64,000 nucleotides of DNA from an uncultured Alphaproteobacteria bacterium. GTDB taxonomy: Bacteria; Pseudomonadota; Alphaproteobacteria; RF32; CAG-239. Positions 19,719 through 29,261 of the stretch are shown in pieces. The notes under the pieces were generated by a model. It worked only from the letters and a program-made list of their open reading frames with translations, searched no databases and was not told the DNA's origin. Numbering within the stretch: position 1 is the first letter of the stretch; the number at the start of each line of letters is the position of its first letter. The DNA is taken from contig CALXRP010000007.1 of NCBI GenBank assembly GCA_944390885.1, positions 8,756 through 72,755 on the forward strand. Reading direction: 5' to 3'. The translations under genes were made by a program, and so were the position numbers.

Positions 19719-20289
19719 GATAACAAACATAAAAACAACATAAAAGCGGAGTTTGTAATGATGTTATAAAAGCAAGAGAAATTCCCTCAGGAATAAATAC
19801 CCTGCTCAGAAAAAACGGAAGATAGAGAACCGTGGCCGCTGACATCCATTGAAAATAACTGTTTTTGTTTTTGAATAAAATATCTTGTATCGATATCGTT
19901 TTTTGAGCGGCAATCAAGGCCGGAATTAAACTTAAGCGACATAGAAAATATAAGCCTAGCAGATAGACGCATAAAACCTGCCAGATTGTGGAAATTGGTA
20001 TTAATTGAATAATAAAAACCAAAATAAAATAACCGGCGGTAATGGCAGAATCTGCCAAAAAATAAGAGAAAAACAACCGAAAAGAGAAAAAGCGTAAACA
20101 AAGATCGTTATGCAAAAGATAAAGATATATACTTAAAGACGTTATACAATAAGCAAAGGCATTAAGCAGGATTTTTATCGATGAGGGCAAGAGAAAAATA
20201 TTTATTAAAAATACCGGTGTAATAAATACAATAAAAATGTCTATTTTTCTCAGAAATAAAACAATAGCGTCTTTTAATACACTTAACAT
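19705..20289 (-). CDS. polytopic membrane protein (cassette 1)
   Basis: 194 aa with multiple long hydrophobic segments. It is convergent with, and overlaps, the 3' end of the MuF-like gene. Confidence 0.55.
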   Translation of the reverse strand: MLSVLKDAIVLFLRKIDIFIVFITPVFLINIFLLPSSIKILLNAFAYCITSLSIYLYLLHNDLCLRFFSFRLFFSYFLADSAITAGYFILVFIIQLIPISTIWQVLCVYLLGLYFLCRLSLIPALIAAQKTISIQDILFKNKNSYFQWMSAATVLYLPFFLSRVFIPEGISLAFITSLQTPLLCCFYVCYLKKH

Positions 20290-20477
20290 GGAAGAACCCG
20301 TCTTTTATATCTTGTACTTAATAATAAAAAACTTTAAATTTAGTGTCAAATAATAAAAGCAACCATCCTTTTATAAAGTTACAATATTTTAATAAATATG
20401 GAAAATATTATAATGGTAAATAAAGGAAAAGAAAGTTCTAAGGAAAGTCATAATATTTATAACAAAAAGCAAAAATA

Positions 20478-20972
20478 ATGTTTCGTGTTTGGCCAAAATT
20501 TTTATATATCTTTGCCAGTATGGTCTGTTTAAGTCTGATCTTTTGCATTGGCGCTGTTGTAATCAACCATAATACGCAAGGAGCACAATGTGACATATAC
20601 CTATGGCAGCAAGATGATATAGTCGGAAAAATAAACTTTCAAAGCTGGTTCAATTGGTATTGGCTCGGAGTGCCTTGCCGCCTAACGGCCGGTGCCGTTT
20701 TCGGAATTTACCTTTTGGCAATACCGTTATATTGGCTGTTGCGGGAGATCGGAACGAAACTCTGGAAAATCTCAAAAACCGGCCGTTTTATGGTCGTTGA
20801 ATATCTGCTTTGGCTGATTGCTTATTATGCCATTTTGATGATGAAAACAATCAGTAATCAAATTTCTGTTACTTGGAACATATTATATAATGCCGGAATG
20901 GGAAGTCTGGTACTAAGCCTGCCTTTGCTGGCCTTTATAATAATGATTATTTTGGCAGAAAATGAGCATTAA
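20478..20972 (+). CDS. polytopic membrane protein (cassette 1)
   Basis: 164 aa with several hydrophobic segments. AT-rich. Confidence 0.55.
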   Translation: MFRVWPKFLYIFASMVCLSLIFCIGAVVINHNTQGAQCDIYLWQQDDIVGKINFQSWFNWYWLGVPCRLTAGAVFGIYLLAIPLYWLLREIGTKLWKISKTGRFMVVEYLLWLIAYYAILMMKTISNQISVTWNILYNAGMGSLVLSLPLLAFIIMIILAENEH

Positions 20973-21004
20973 ACAGCTTATTGTCCGTCGTTTATGTAAA
21001 GCTC

Positions 21005-21092
21005 CCGAAAAATAGCTTCAATACTTTTGCTTATCCCGCTGTGCAATTTCCCGGCGGGATTTTTTTATAACCCCAAACAAGATAAGGAGAAA
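21005..21092 (+). repeat. direct repeat copy 2, right flank of cassette 1
   Basis: Essentially identical to 18763..18850 and ends at the RBS of the GroES-like gene. Confidence 0.95.
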
Positions 21093-21096
21093 CTTC

Positions 21097-21357
21097 ATGA
21101 TTGCACATGCCGTCATGGACCGGGTTTTTATCCGCCTGAAACCGGTCGAAAAACAAACAACCGGCGGAATAATCCTGACCGACGATTTTGAGCACCGGCG
21201 GACGATTGGAACGGTCGAAAGCGTCGGGCCGCAGGTTTCCGGCGTCAAACCGGGAGACAAAGTTTTGTTTCATGTTTTTGATGAATTGCCGACATATGAT
21301 TCTGATGTCGTTGTCGTTCGGGAAAACAGCATTTTAGGAGTAATAACAGATGAATAA
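21097..21357 (+). CDS. GroES-like co-chaperonin (Cpn10 family)
   Basis: An 86-aa protein. DRVFIRLKPVEKQTTGGIILTD...GTVESVGPQ...VKPGDKVLF...ENSILGVI aligns motif-by-motif with GroES (DRVIVK..E.K.AGGI.L..., VGDIV.F, ...ILA.V). Confidence 0.7.
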   Translation: MIAHAVMDRVFIRLKPVEKQTTGGIILTDDFEHRRTIGTVESVGPQVSGVKPGDKVLFHVFDELPTYDSDVVVVRENSILGVITDE

Positions 21358-23269
21358 TATAATCCCCGTATATAAAAACGAAGTCGAAACCTGGATAGAG
21401 CGGCTGTCCGCGGCGGAACGGCATTATGAAAAATACCACCGCCTGGTGGCCGAAACCAGAAATTATTATAAAGACCAAACTTCTGACATAGCCCGTGCCG
21501 GCCGTTACAATATCTTTTGGTCGACGGTCGAAACGTTAAAACCCTTTTTATATTTCAAGCAGCCCAAGCCCTACATTGAACGCCGCAACAAAAACGCCGA
21601 TCCGGCAGAAACACTGGCTTGCCGGATTTTGGAAAAGGCACTGGCCTGGAATATGGAACAATTTGATTTTGACAGCGTATTAAAATATGCCCGCAACGAT
21701 TTTCTGATATCAGGCATGGGGCTTGTCTGGGAGCAGTATATTCCGGAGTTCCGGAGCTTGCCGGACAGCGAAAATCCCGAAAAAGAAATTGAGGTCAAAG
21801 TCGGAGAAAGAGTAGAAACCGTTTATGTCGATCCGGCCGATTTTATTGCCGATTGTGATAGAGTCGGCATTTGGGAAGACGCGGCCTGGATTGCTAAAAG
21901 GATTCATATGGGCAAGACGGAAGCGGTTGAATTGTTCGGCGAACATCTGGCACCGTTTATAATCCGCCCCGATGAAAAAGACTATGCCAAAAAAGACGTT
22001 TGTATTTATGAAGTCTGGGATAAGACGGCGCGAAAAGTCTATTGGCTCTGTAAAGAATATAAAAACGGATTTTTAAAAGTCGCAAACGATCCTTTTGGGC
22101 TGAAAGGCTTTTTCCCGTGTCCGAAACCGGTTTTTGCCACCATGACCAATAACAGCATTATCCCGACGCCGGACTATTCGATGATTAAAGAAATGCTTTC
22201 TGAGCTGGACGGCATCAACAATCGGATGCGCCTGACGATGAAAGCGCTGAAAGTTTCCGGCTGTTATGACAATTCTTTTCCCGAGTTAAAAAGCATCCTG
22301 AATAAGGACATAACGCTTGTATCGCTCAATGATTTTCAAAAACTCAAAGACAACGGCGGCATTCGCGGGATTATAGACTTTGTTCCGGTTGAGCAGTATG
22401 TAACGGCTCTGGAACAACTGGCGGCCAGAAGACAGGATATTATTGCCAAGATTTTTGACGTAACCGGCGTATCGGATATTATGCGCGGCAGCTCCAATCC
22501 CGGCGATACGGCAACGGCCGTCCGTGAAAAGACCAATTTCGGCACTTTGCGCAATCAGGATCGCCAAAATGATATGCAGCGCTTTATCGGGGATTTGTTC
22601 CGGATTAAGGCGGAAATTATCTGCCGTTGTTTTTCGGAAGAAACGCTGCTGGGATTTTTGCCGCCGGAAGAACGGCAAAATACGGCGCTGGCCAAAGATG
22701 CCGTCCGGCTGTTAAAAACCGATAACTTGCGCGGTATGGTGCTGGGTGTGGAAACCGACGTTGCTTTTCAGCAGGCGCAGGAAGCCGCCAAAACGCTGGA
22801 AGGCATAAACACCATAAATGAGCTGATTGCAAAAGCTTTTCAAACCGTATCAAGCCAGCCGCTGCTGTTGCCGTTATACCGCCAGATGATAATGTCTGTT
22901 GTGGTAACAATGCCGAAATCCCGCCAGTTTACGGCAACGGTTGAAAAAGTTTTTAACGATATTGAACGGGAGCTGAATAAGCCGGACGAAACTCTGCCGC
23001 AAAAGCCGAACGAGGCTCTGACTCTGGAGCGGGAAAAAGCCGCGGCGCAATATCAGCTGGAACGGGAGAAAAACAACTTAAAAGCCCGCGAATTGCAGTT
23101 AAAAGAGTGGGTCGAGCAAAACAAACTCTATATGACCAATAAAGAAATGGAAATGCAGGCACGGTTGAAAACCGCCCAGCTTGAAAAAATGCCGGAGAAA
23201 AATGCCGCTTTGGCGCCTTTCTCTGACAACCCCGGAAATATCTCTTCCGGATTTGTAAAAGAATTCTGA
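21350..23269 (+). CDS. portal protein (putative)
   Basis: 639 aa, lying next in order after the terminase. The long C-terminal coiled-coil (LEREKAAAQYQLEREKNNLKARELQLKEW...) is reminiscent of P22-type portal barrels. No motif-level proof. Confidence 0.6.
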   Translation: MNNIIPVYKNEVETWIERLSAAERHYEKYHRLVAETRNYYKDQTSDIARAGRYNIFWSTVETLKPFLYFKQPKPYIERRNKNADPAETLACRILEKALAWNMEQFDFDSVLKYARNDFLISGMGLVWEQYIPEFRSLPDSENPEKEIEVKVGERVETVYVDPADFIADCDRVGIWEDAAWIAKRIHMGKTEAVELFGEHLAPFIIRPDEKDYAKKDVCIYEVWDKTARKVYWLCKEYKNGFLKVANDPFGLKGFFPCPKPVFATMTNNSIIPTPDYSMIKEMLSELDGINNRMRLTMKALKVSGCYDNSFPELKSILNKDITLVSLNDFQKLKDNGGIRGIIDFVPVEQYVTALEQLAARRQDIIAKIFDVTGVSDIMRGSSNPGDTATAVREKTNFGTLRNQDRQNDMQRFIGDLFRIKAEIICRCFSEETLLGFLPPEERQNTALAKDAVRLLKTDNLRGMVLGVETDVAFQQAQEAAKTLEGINTINELIAKAFQTVSSQPLLLPLYRQMIMSVVVTMPKSRQFTATVEKVFNDIERELNKPDETLPQKPNEALTLEREKAAAQYQLEREKNNLKARELQLKEWVEQNKLYMTNKEMEMQARLKTAQLEKMPEKNAALAPFSDNPGNISSGFVKEF

Positions 23270-23292
23270 ACGGAATTTTTTTTGTTTTAACC

Positions 23293-23322
23293 GCAGGCAG
23301 AGATATCTCCGCCTGCTTTTTT
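23293..23322 (+). terminator. intrinsic terminator after the portal gene
   Basis: GCAGGC...GCCTGC stem (extended GGCAGAGAT/ATCTCCGCC) followed by TTTTTT. Confidence 0.7.
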
Positions 23323-23330
23323 GTATTCTG

Positions 23331-23473
23331 AAAACAGAGCCGGGATATCGTCATATCCCGGCTTTTCTAAATTGCTCTGGATGGACACGCGCTTCTCCAT
23401 CATATATCTACACTAACAAACCAGTGGACACCACTGCGTGATTTTCTGGCCCTCAGAACAATCTGAGAACAAT
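23331..23473 (+). repeat. degenerate direct repeat copy 1, left flank of cassette 2
   Basis: Contains the perfect hairpin AGCCGGGATAT-CGTC-ATATCCCGGCT, then TTTTCTAAATTGCTCTGGA and CTCAGAACAATCT(G/A)AGAACAAT. All three blocks recur in 24234..24407. Confidence 0.85.
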
Positions 23474-23576
23474 GTAGCATTTGTCTTAAGAAAGTCAAGC
23501 ACGAAAGATTAAATTATTGCTTGTAAAATTATTGTGTTTAATTATTATAATTACTATTATTATCAAAGGAGAGAGC

Positions 23577-24233
23577 ATGAAAAAATATGTTGTCTTAATA
23601 GGACTTGTTGGAATATTATGCTGCAATTCTGCCAAAGCAGATTTTTGGAATGATTTTTTGCGCATTCAGTGCCTGCCGGAACTAAAAAGCCTGTATATGA
23701 CGGTAGAACATCCACGTACCAGTGAAGAACTGCAGGAAAAATTACTGACACAATCTGCGGATTATATTCAAAAATACGGATTATATAATTTACAGGCGCT
23801 TTATAAGCTTGATAATAATGACAAAATATTGTGGCAAAAGAGCTATAATGCTTCCTGCAAAATTGATAATAGGATATTTGAGATACAGATAAACGCGCTT
23901 AATCCGAAAAAAAATTATAAAATAGGAGATAAATATCAATTTCTTTCCGGTGAAGGGAGCGCTGGTATTTATCAGCAATTTTACCTGACTGTTAAAATGA
24001 ATAACAAAGTCATTATTGATGCGCTGGAAGCGGTAAGCCCCAATAATGGCAGAATGATAACTTCCGTACAATTTGATTTAACTCATCCGTCAAATCCGTT
24101 GCTTGATATCCATTATAATTGGGACGGTGATGATATGAGAGCTGATTGGAAAGTGTATAATAGAACTTTCTTTTTGGATAAAAAAGAGTTTACGCCGGTC
24201 ACTTCTGAAAATTTGTGGATAGAGACGGAATAA
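23577..24233 (+). CDS. secreted protein of unknown function (AT-rich moron)
   Basis: ATG at 23577 after an AAAGGAGAGAG RBS, with signal peptide MKKYVVLIGLVGILCCNSAKA. The upstream extension to 23517 is unlikely. Confidence 0.55.
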   Translation: MKKYVVLIGLVGILCCNSAKADFWNDFLRIQCLPELKSLYMTVEHPRTSEELQEKLLTQSADYIQKYGLYNLQALYKLDNNDKILWQKSYNASCKIDNRIFEIQINALNPKKNYKIGDKYQFLSGEGSAGIYQQFYLTVKMNNKVIIDALEAVSPNNGRMITSVQFDLTHPSNPLLDIHYNWDGDDMRADWKVYNRTFFLDKKEFTPVTSENLWIETE

Positions 24234-24407
24234 AAAACAGAGCCGGGATATCGTCATATCCCGGCTCTGGAAAAGCAAGAATATCGTCATATTCAGGCTT
24301 TTCTAAATTGCTCTGGACGGTCGCGGGCCTCCATCATCCTCTAATATAAAATTACTCTTATATGTGACCAACCACTTTCTGGTCTCTCAGAACAATCTAA
24401 GAACAAT
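24234..24407 (+). repeat. degenerate direct repeat copy 2, right flank of cassette 2
   Basis: Has the same three sequence blocks as 23331..23473, with a ~32-nt internal insertion. Confidence 0.85.
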
Positions 24408-24594
24408 ATAATGATAAAAGGAGAAGAGACAAGGAAATATTGTTGTAAGAATTTATGATTACAATTTGGGGGATAGGTGATTAAAAAACAAAGCGGGAAT
24501 AATTAAGTTCCTGCTTTTATTTTGTTCCGCCACCTTGCCTTTGCCCGGATTTTGATTATCTCTATCGCATATTCAAAAACAAGGGAGCGGCAAT

Positions 24595-25476
24595 ATGCAT
24601 ATTTTTTCAAAAAATACGCTGATTTTTTTCGGTATATACTGGTTGTTGGGGTTGATTTTCGGCCTGTTGGGCACTCAGGCCTGGCTGATATATTCCGAAA
24701 TTATGCTTTATTTGCTTTTGCTGCTGTGGTTTGTCCGAATTTTCCGCTTAAAAACTGAAACTTTCGACAAACTGCGCCAACGCCGGCCGCGCCTGGCCTG
24801 TTATCTGGCGTTTCAAGGCTGCCTGCCGCTGATTTTTGCCATGGTTCTGGCCGTTTCGTTCACGCCGTGGTTTCCCCGGCTGTCTGAAGAAATAAGGCAT
24901 ATCTTGCAAAACAATTTATACGGGGTTTGCTGGGGTTCAACGCTGATAGTCCTGCTGTTTGCCCGCATAACGCTTCTGTTTCGGCGGTCGGATGACCCTC
25001 TGGAAATCATCGAGGGCGATAAAGATAACCCGGCAGACGATGCCAAAGGTTTTGTATTCAATTTGTTGCTGTCCGGCGGGCTTTATTGGATTGTCTTTTT
25101 GCCGCTCACGGCGGGCGCATTGCGTTTTAACAGCCGGGAGCTGGAAACGGCGGGAGATATCTGGCGAACGATTTTTGCTTTGGAGCTGTTTTGGTTGATA
25201 TTTATTAAAACACCGGATTTCCTGGTTAAATTCCGGCAGCAGTTGCCGTTGCTCAGCCGTTATCTGGCCTCGTTCGGATGGCTGGCATATTTCTGGCTCC
25301 TGGTGCCTTTTATTCTGATTTACGAATTGTCTGTCTATCCTCACGGCATTCCGTCCGGACATTGGCTGCTGATAATAGCCCCTTATGCCCCGTTGTTTAA
25401 CCTGCTGGCTATGCTGCTGCCGCTTCCGCTGATATATTGGCGGGAGAAACGCCGGCCGATACGGGCTGAACCATAA
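24595..25476 (+). CDS. polytopic membrane protein inside the head module
   Basis: 293 aa with a GGGAGCGG RBS and about 8 hydrophobic segments. No family recognised. Confidence 0.55.
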   Translation: MHIFSKNTLIFFGIYWLLGLIFGLLGTQAWLIYSEIMLYLLLLLWFVRIFRLKTETFDKLRQRRPRLACYLAFQGCLPLIFAMVLAVSFTPWFPRLSEEIRHILQNNLYGVCWGSTLIVLLFARITLLFRRSDDPLEIIEGDKDNPADDAKGFVFNLLLSGGLYWIVFLPLTAGALRFNSRELETAGDIWRTIFALELFWLIFIKTPDFLVKFRQQLPLLSRYLASFGWLAYFWLLVPFILIYELSVYPHGIPSGHWLLIIAPYAPLFNLLAMLLPLPLIYWREKRRPIRAEP

Positions 25477-25574
25477 GTTTTTTTAATCCCGGGCTCTCTT
25501 GGCGGAGCCCTTTTTATCATCTGCCGCGCAATTGCTGCGGCTTTTTTTATGCCTGAAAACAAGGAGAATTTTTC

Positions 25575-25793
25575 ATGAGCCGGTTAAAAGACGAAGTCAC
25601 GCTGCCGGATGGCACGGTCGTGGCTTCTTTTGAAGAAATTAACCGCTGGCTGAAAGCCAATAATCTGGCCTGGGCCGGCGATTATTCGGACGACTTTCGC
25701 AAGAAGGTGCGTCTGCAACAACAACGGGCGGAACATCAGGAAACGATGGACGCCTTTTTACATAACTATAAAAGGAAAATATGGAATGAGTAG
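25575..25793 (+). CDS. hypothetical small protein
   Basis: A 72-aa ORF with an AAGGAGAA RBS that overlaps the next start. Confidence 0.45.
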   Translation: MSRLKDEVTLPDGTVVASFEEINRWLKANNLAWAGDYSDDFRKKVRLQQQRAEHQETMDAFLHNYKRKIWNE

Positions 25794-26739
25794 TGAAACC
25801 CAAAAAATTGTGGAAGAAGTCGTCAGACGGTACCGCGAGGGGCAAAAGGCCGCCGCGGCACAGGAGACGGCTTCAAACGGCTATTCCGGAAATGAGGCGC
25901 AGGAGCTTTCTGCCGCAGAAGATCCCTACGCCGAAGCTCCGGGATTTTATCCGCCGGAATTTGCCGGCATATTTCGCAATCTTCCTTTTGAATTCCGAAA
26001 ATTTCTGCATGAACGCGAGGCCGACGTTACGCACGCGTTTAAGGAACTCGGACAAGAAATCGAAGATTGCCGCTGGATGAAAGAAGTTTACGGCGAACGG
26101 CAGGAGCGTCTGCGCCGCAATTTCGGCTTTCTTTCGCCGCAGCAGTATTTTGCATATATGGCGGCGTTGGATGATGCGCTGGAAGCCAGCCCGGAAGAAA
26201 CACTCCGCCAGCTGGCCGGACATTATGGCGTTGCCGGACGGCTGTTTGCGGCGGCTCCGGTCGAAAACAAGGCGCAGCTGGGCGAATACGTCCGGCAGGT
26301 TTCCGGTATTGCCGGCAAACTGACCGAATTGGAACGCCGCTTTCAAAAAGTCAATGAAGATTTCGCCGCTGCCCGTCAGCGCGATGCAGAACGCCTGTTC
26401 AAAGAATTTATGGAAGCCCGGGATGAAAAAGGCCGGGCCAAACATGAGTTCTTTGCCAGCGTCAAACCGGTCGTCTACCGCCTGTTGCTGACCGGTGCGG
26501 CCGCGGATTTGGAAGAAGCTTATGAAATGGCGGTTTGGGCGAATGCCGACATCCGGGCTCGCCTGATTGCCGACAATACGGATGCTTCAATCAAATCAAA
26601 AGCCGAAGAGGCCGTCAAGGCCAAAAAAGCGTCATTCTCCCCGAAAGGACACCAGAAGTCAAAACCGGATTATTCCAAAATGACGACGCGTGAGATCGTG
26701 GAATCAATTGTCGCACAATATCGAAACAACCAACTTTAA
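25786..26739 (+). CDS. scaffolding protein (putative)
   Basis: 317 aa, acidic and helical (A/E/R/K-rich), lying between the portal and capsid genes. Confidence 0.5.
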   Translation: MSSETQKIVEEVVRRYREGQKAAAAQETASNGYSGNEAQELSAAEDPYAEAPGFYPPEFAGIFRNLPFEFRKFLHEREADVTHAFKELGQEIEDCRWMKEVYGERQERLRRNFGFLSPQQYFAYMAALDDALEASPEETLRQLAGHYGVAGRLFAAAPVENKAQLGEYVRQVSGIAGKLTELERRFQKVNEDFAAARQRDAERLFKEFMEARDEKGRAKHEFFASVKPVVYRLLLTGAAADLEEAYEMAVWANADIRARLIADNTDASIKSKAEEAVKAKKASFSPKGHQKSKPDYSKMTTREIVESIVAQYRNNQL

Positions 26740-26769
26740 ACTTAAATTTTTTAGAAAAGGAAAATAAAA

Positions 26770-27765
26770 ATGACAGCTTTACCTGTTGATGATGTAATGG
26801 CTTTCACCTTGGAATGCCGCACCGGCACTTTGTCGGATAACATATCCAAAAACAACGCGTTGCTGAAAAGGTTGAAGGAAAAAGACAATATCAAGGAAAT
26901 TACCGGCGGCAGCCGCATTCTGGAAGAACTGGAATACGGCGAAGGCGATATGGTTTGGTATTCCGGCTATGATACCATCAATTTCACGCCCAAGCAGTTG
27001 TTTACCGCGGCCGAATACGCCCTCAAACTCTGTGCCGTTCCGGTTGCAATCTCCGGGGAAGACCAGCTGCGCAACTCCGGTGATGCCCAAATCATGGAAC
27101 TGATGGTCAAACGCGTTGACAATGCCGTTAAAACCATGTGCAACAAAATGTCCGCAGCAATTTACGGCGACGGTACGGAATCTTCCGGCAAGGCCATCGG
27201 CGGGCTCAAACTGCTGGTTGCGGATAATCCGTCTACCGGTACGGTCGGCGGCATCAACCGCGCAACGGCCGGCAACGAGTTCTGGCGCAACCAGTCTTTA
27301 ACGGCTTCCGAGGCGCTGACGGTAGATACTATCCGTCCGACCATGGACAAATTGTATATGTCTTTGTGCCGCGGCACCGACAAACCGGACTTGATTGTTA
27401 CCGGAACGTCTTTGTACAGCCTGCTTGAAGAATCTATGGCTTCACTGCAGCGTTATACCGACCCGAAAATGGCCGATGCCGGTTTTGCCACCCTGCGTTT
27501 CAAGGGTGCCGACGTAATTTGCGACGGCGGACAGGGCGGCCATTGTCCGGAAGACCGGATGTACTTCCTCAATACCGATTATCTGTATCTGCGTCCGCAT
27601 AAAGACCGCAATATGAAGGTCATCGGCGGAGAGCGTGCGGCCATCAATCAGGATGCCGTTTATAAAATTATCGGCTGGGCCGGTAATATGACCATGTCCA
27701 ATGCGTCTTTGCAGGGTGTTTTGCTCAACAAAACCTCTGCCTCAACGGATAGCGACGGGGAATAA
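26770..27765 (+). CDS. major capsid protein (putative, HK97-fold type)
   Basis: 331 aa directly after the scaffold-like gene. The N-terminal pattern NNALLKRLKEK...GGSRILEELEYGEG...WYSGYD...ISGEDQLRNSG is typical of a widespread podoviral capsid family, from memory. Confidence 0.65.
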   Translation: MTALPVDDVMAFTLECRTGTLSDNISKNNALLKRLKEKDNIKEITGGSRILEELEYGEGDMVWYSGYDTINFTPKQLFTAAEYALKLCAVPVAISGEDQLRNSGDAQIMELMVKRVDNAVKTMCNKMSAAIYGDGTESSGKAIGGLKLLVADNPSTGTVGGINRATAGNEFWRNQSLTASEALTVDTIRPTMDKLYMSLCRGTDKPDLIVTGTSLYSLLEESMASLQRYTDPKMADAGFATLRFKGADVICDGGQGGHCPEDRMYFLNTDYLYLRPHKDRNMKVIGGERAAINQDAVYKIIGWAGNMTMSNASLQGVLLNKTSASTDSDGE

Positions 27766-27840
27766 TATAAAAACAAAAACACAATGGGAGGGGCTGTTAT
27801 GGCTCCTCCTTCATTTTTGCACCAATGGAAAGGAATACAA

Positions 27841-28410
27841 ATGGATTTTGGATTATTTGATAAAATCGCTCAAAACACCAATCCGGAAGACGGTATTGTC
27901 GCCCGTTTTTATGACCGTTCGGTTAAAACGGAAGAAGTGACCAAAGATGGTTTTCCGGTCTTTAAAAATGTCTGTTTTGTCGAAATCCGGATTAAGGATA
28001 ATCCGTCGGAGGTTTATGACCAGCCGGCAACCAAAGAGAAAATCGAGCGTTTCCCGGCGGCCTACGCCCGCTATCAGCTGATGAAAAAGCAGATAAAAGA
28101 GGGAACGCCGCTTGAGCAGTTTGCCTTTTTGACGGCCGGAGAAATAGAGAGTTTGAAAATCCGCGGAATCTTCACCGTCGAAGCGCTGGCTGAGCTGGAT
28201 GAAGAAAAGGCCGTTCAGCTGGAAATCGGAAGGGAGCGGGAATTGGCACAGAAGTTTCTGGCCGCTTCTGCTCATAATTCCGAAATTTCTTCCTGGCAAA
28301 AACAGGAAGAAAAATACCGGCAGACAATAGCACAGCTGCAAAACAAAGTCGAACAACTGCAGGCACAGTTGAAAAAATCAACCGAAACCGCTAAAACAAA
28401 GGAGAAATAA
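27841..28410 (+). CDS. hypothetical virion-module protein
   Basis: ATG at 27841 with a GGAAAGGAA RBS gives 189 aa with a C-terminal coiled coil. The stop abuts the next start. Confidence 0.5.
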   Translation: MDFGLFDKIAQNTNPEDGIVARFYDRSVKTEEVTKDGFPVFKNVCFVEIRIKDNPSEVYDQPATKEKIERFPAAYARYQLMKKQIKEGTPLEQFAFLTAGEIESLKIRGIFTVEALAELDEEKAVQLEIGRERELAQKFLAASAHNSEISSWQKQEEKYRQTIAQLQNKVEQLQAQLKKSTETAKTKEK

Positions 28411-28411
28411 A

Positions 28412-29236
28412 ATGCCAACCAATAAACTTCTTGAAGACAAGTTGAATAACTGGGCCAAAAACTGGCGCAGACAACAAGAAGAAATGTCATATTCGCCCCA
28501 ATATCAGGCCCAAAACCAAACCCCGTACAACACATCTGCTCCAAACTGGCAACAGACGCCATATCAGCCGCAGGCACAGTCGTTTGCGGCTCAGCCTGCT
28601 GTACCGCAACAGCCTCAACAAGTGTCGGCACAGACTTCGGTCTTAAGTCCTGAAATTGCCAACGCCGCTTTTCAAAAAGGCTTTACGTCTAAACAAAAAT
28701 CCGGCTTTCCCCGAATAAATACGGTTACTCAGGCCATGCCTAATATGAGAAATACTGCGTTTTATCCAGTATATGGCGGTGCTCAGACGGTATATAACAT
28801 AGGAGAAACTTTGTATAAAACAGGAGAAGAAATAGGAGAAAAAATAGGAGAAGGAGTGGTAGATTATCGCACCTATGATCCTTATACAGATGTTCCTAAT
28901 GTTATTTCACCTAATCAGACCTATATACAAAATGTTACGAATTTGGCTAAAGAGGCTAAAAGAGTAGGGGTAATGAACCTTGGTGATGATAAAAAACATC
29001 AATATGTTTCATGTTTTGGTGCGTCTAATGGTATGCCAATTACAATAGGAACGGCTGGAGTTTTAAAAGAAGGTATTGATACATATAAAAAAATTTCAAA
29101 TCCAAGGCTAAAAAATCAATATGGAGGAACATTTGGTGTGTTAGCAGACAGCTTGAAAGATCTAACTAATGATGCTTATGGTCTTTATTTAGGATATACG
29201 GGAAATGATTGTGGTCGTATTCTTAAAAAAAGATAA
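28412..29236 (+). CDS. chimeric protein: Q/P-rich backbone-like N-terminus plus AT-rich C-terminal domain of unknown function (candidate effector)
   Basis: 274 aa. Nucleotide composition drops near 28740, from about 45-50% to about 33-37% G+C by spot counts of 60-nt lines. The C-terminal ~165 aa contain DKKHQYVSCFGASNG...DSLKDLTNDAYGLYLG. Confidence 0.6.
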   Translation: MPTNKLLEDKLNNWAKNWRRQQEEMSYSPQYQAQNQTPYNTSAPNWQQTPYQPQAQSFAAQPAVPQQPQQVSAQTSVLSPEIANAAFQKGFTSKQKSGFPRINTVTQAMPNMRNTAFYPVYGGAQTVYNIGETLYKTGEEIGEKIGEGVVDYRTYDPYTDVPNVISPNQTYIQNVTNLAKEAKRVGVMNLGDDKKHQYVSCFGASNGMPITIGTAGVLKEGIDTYKKISNPRLKNQYGGTFGVLADSLKDLTNDAYGLYLGYTGNDCGRILKKR

Positions 29237-29261
29237 AATTTAAGTTGAAAAAATAGAAAAT

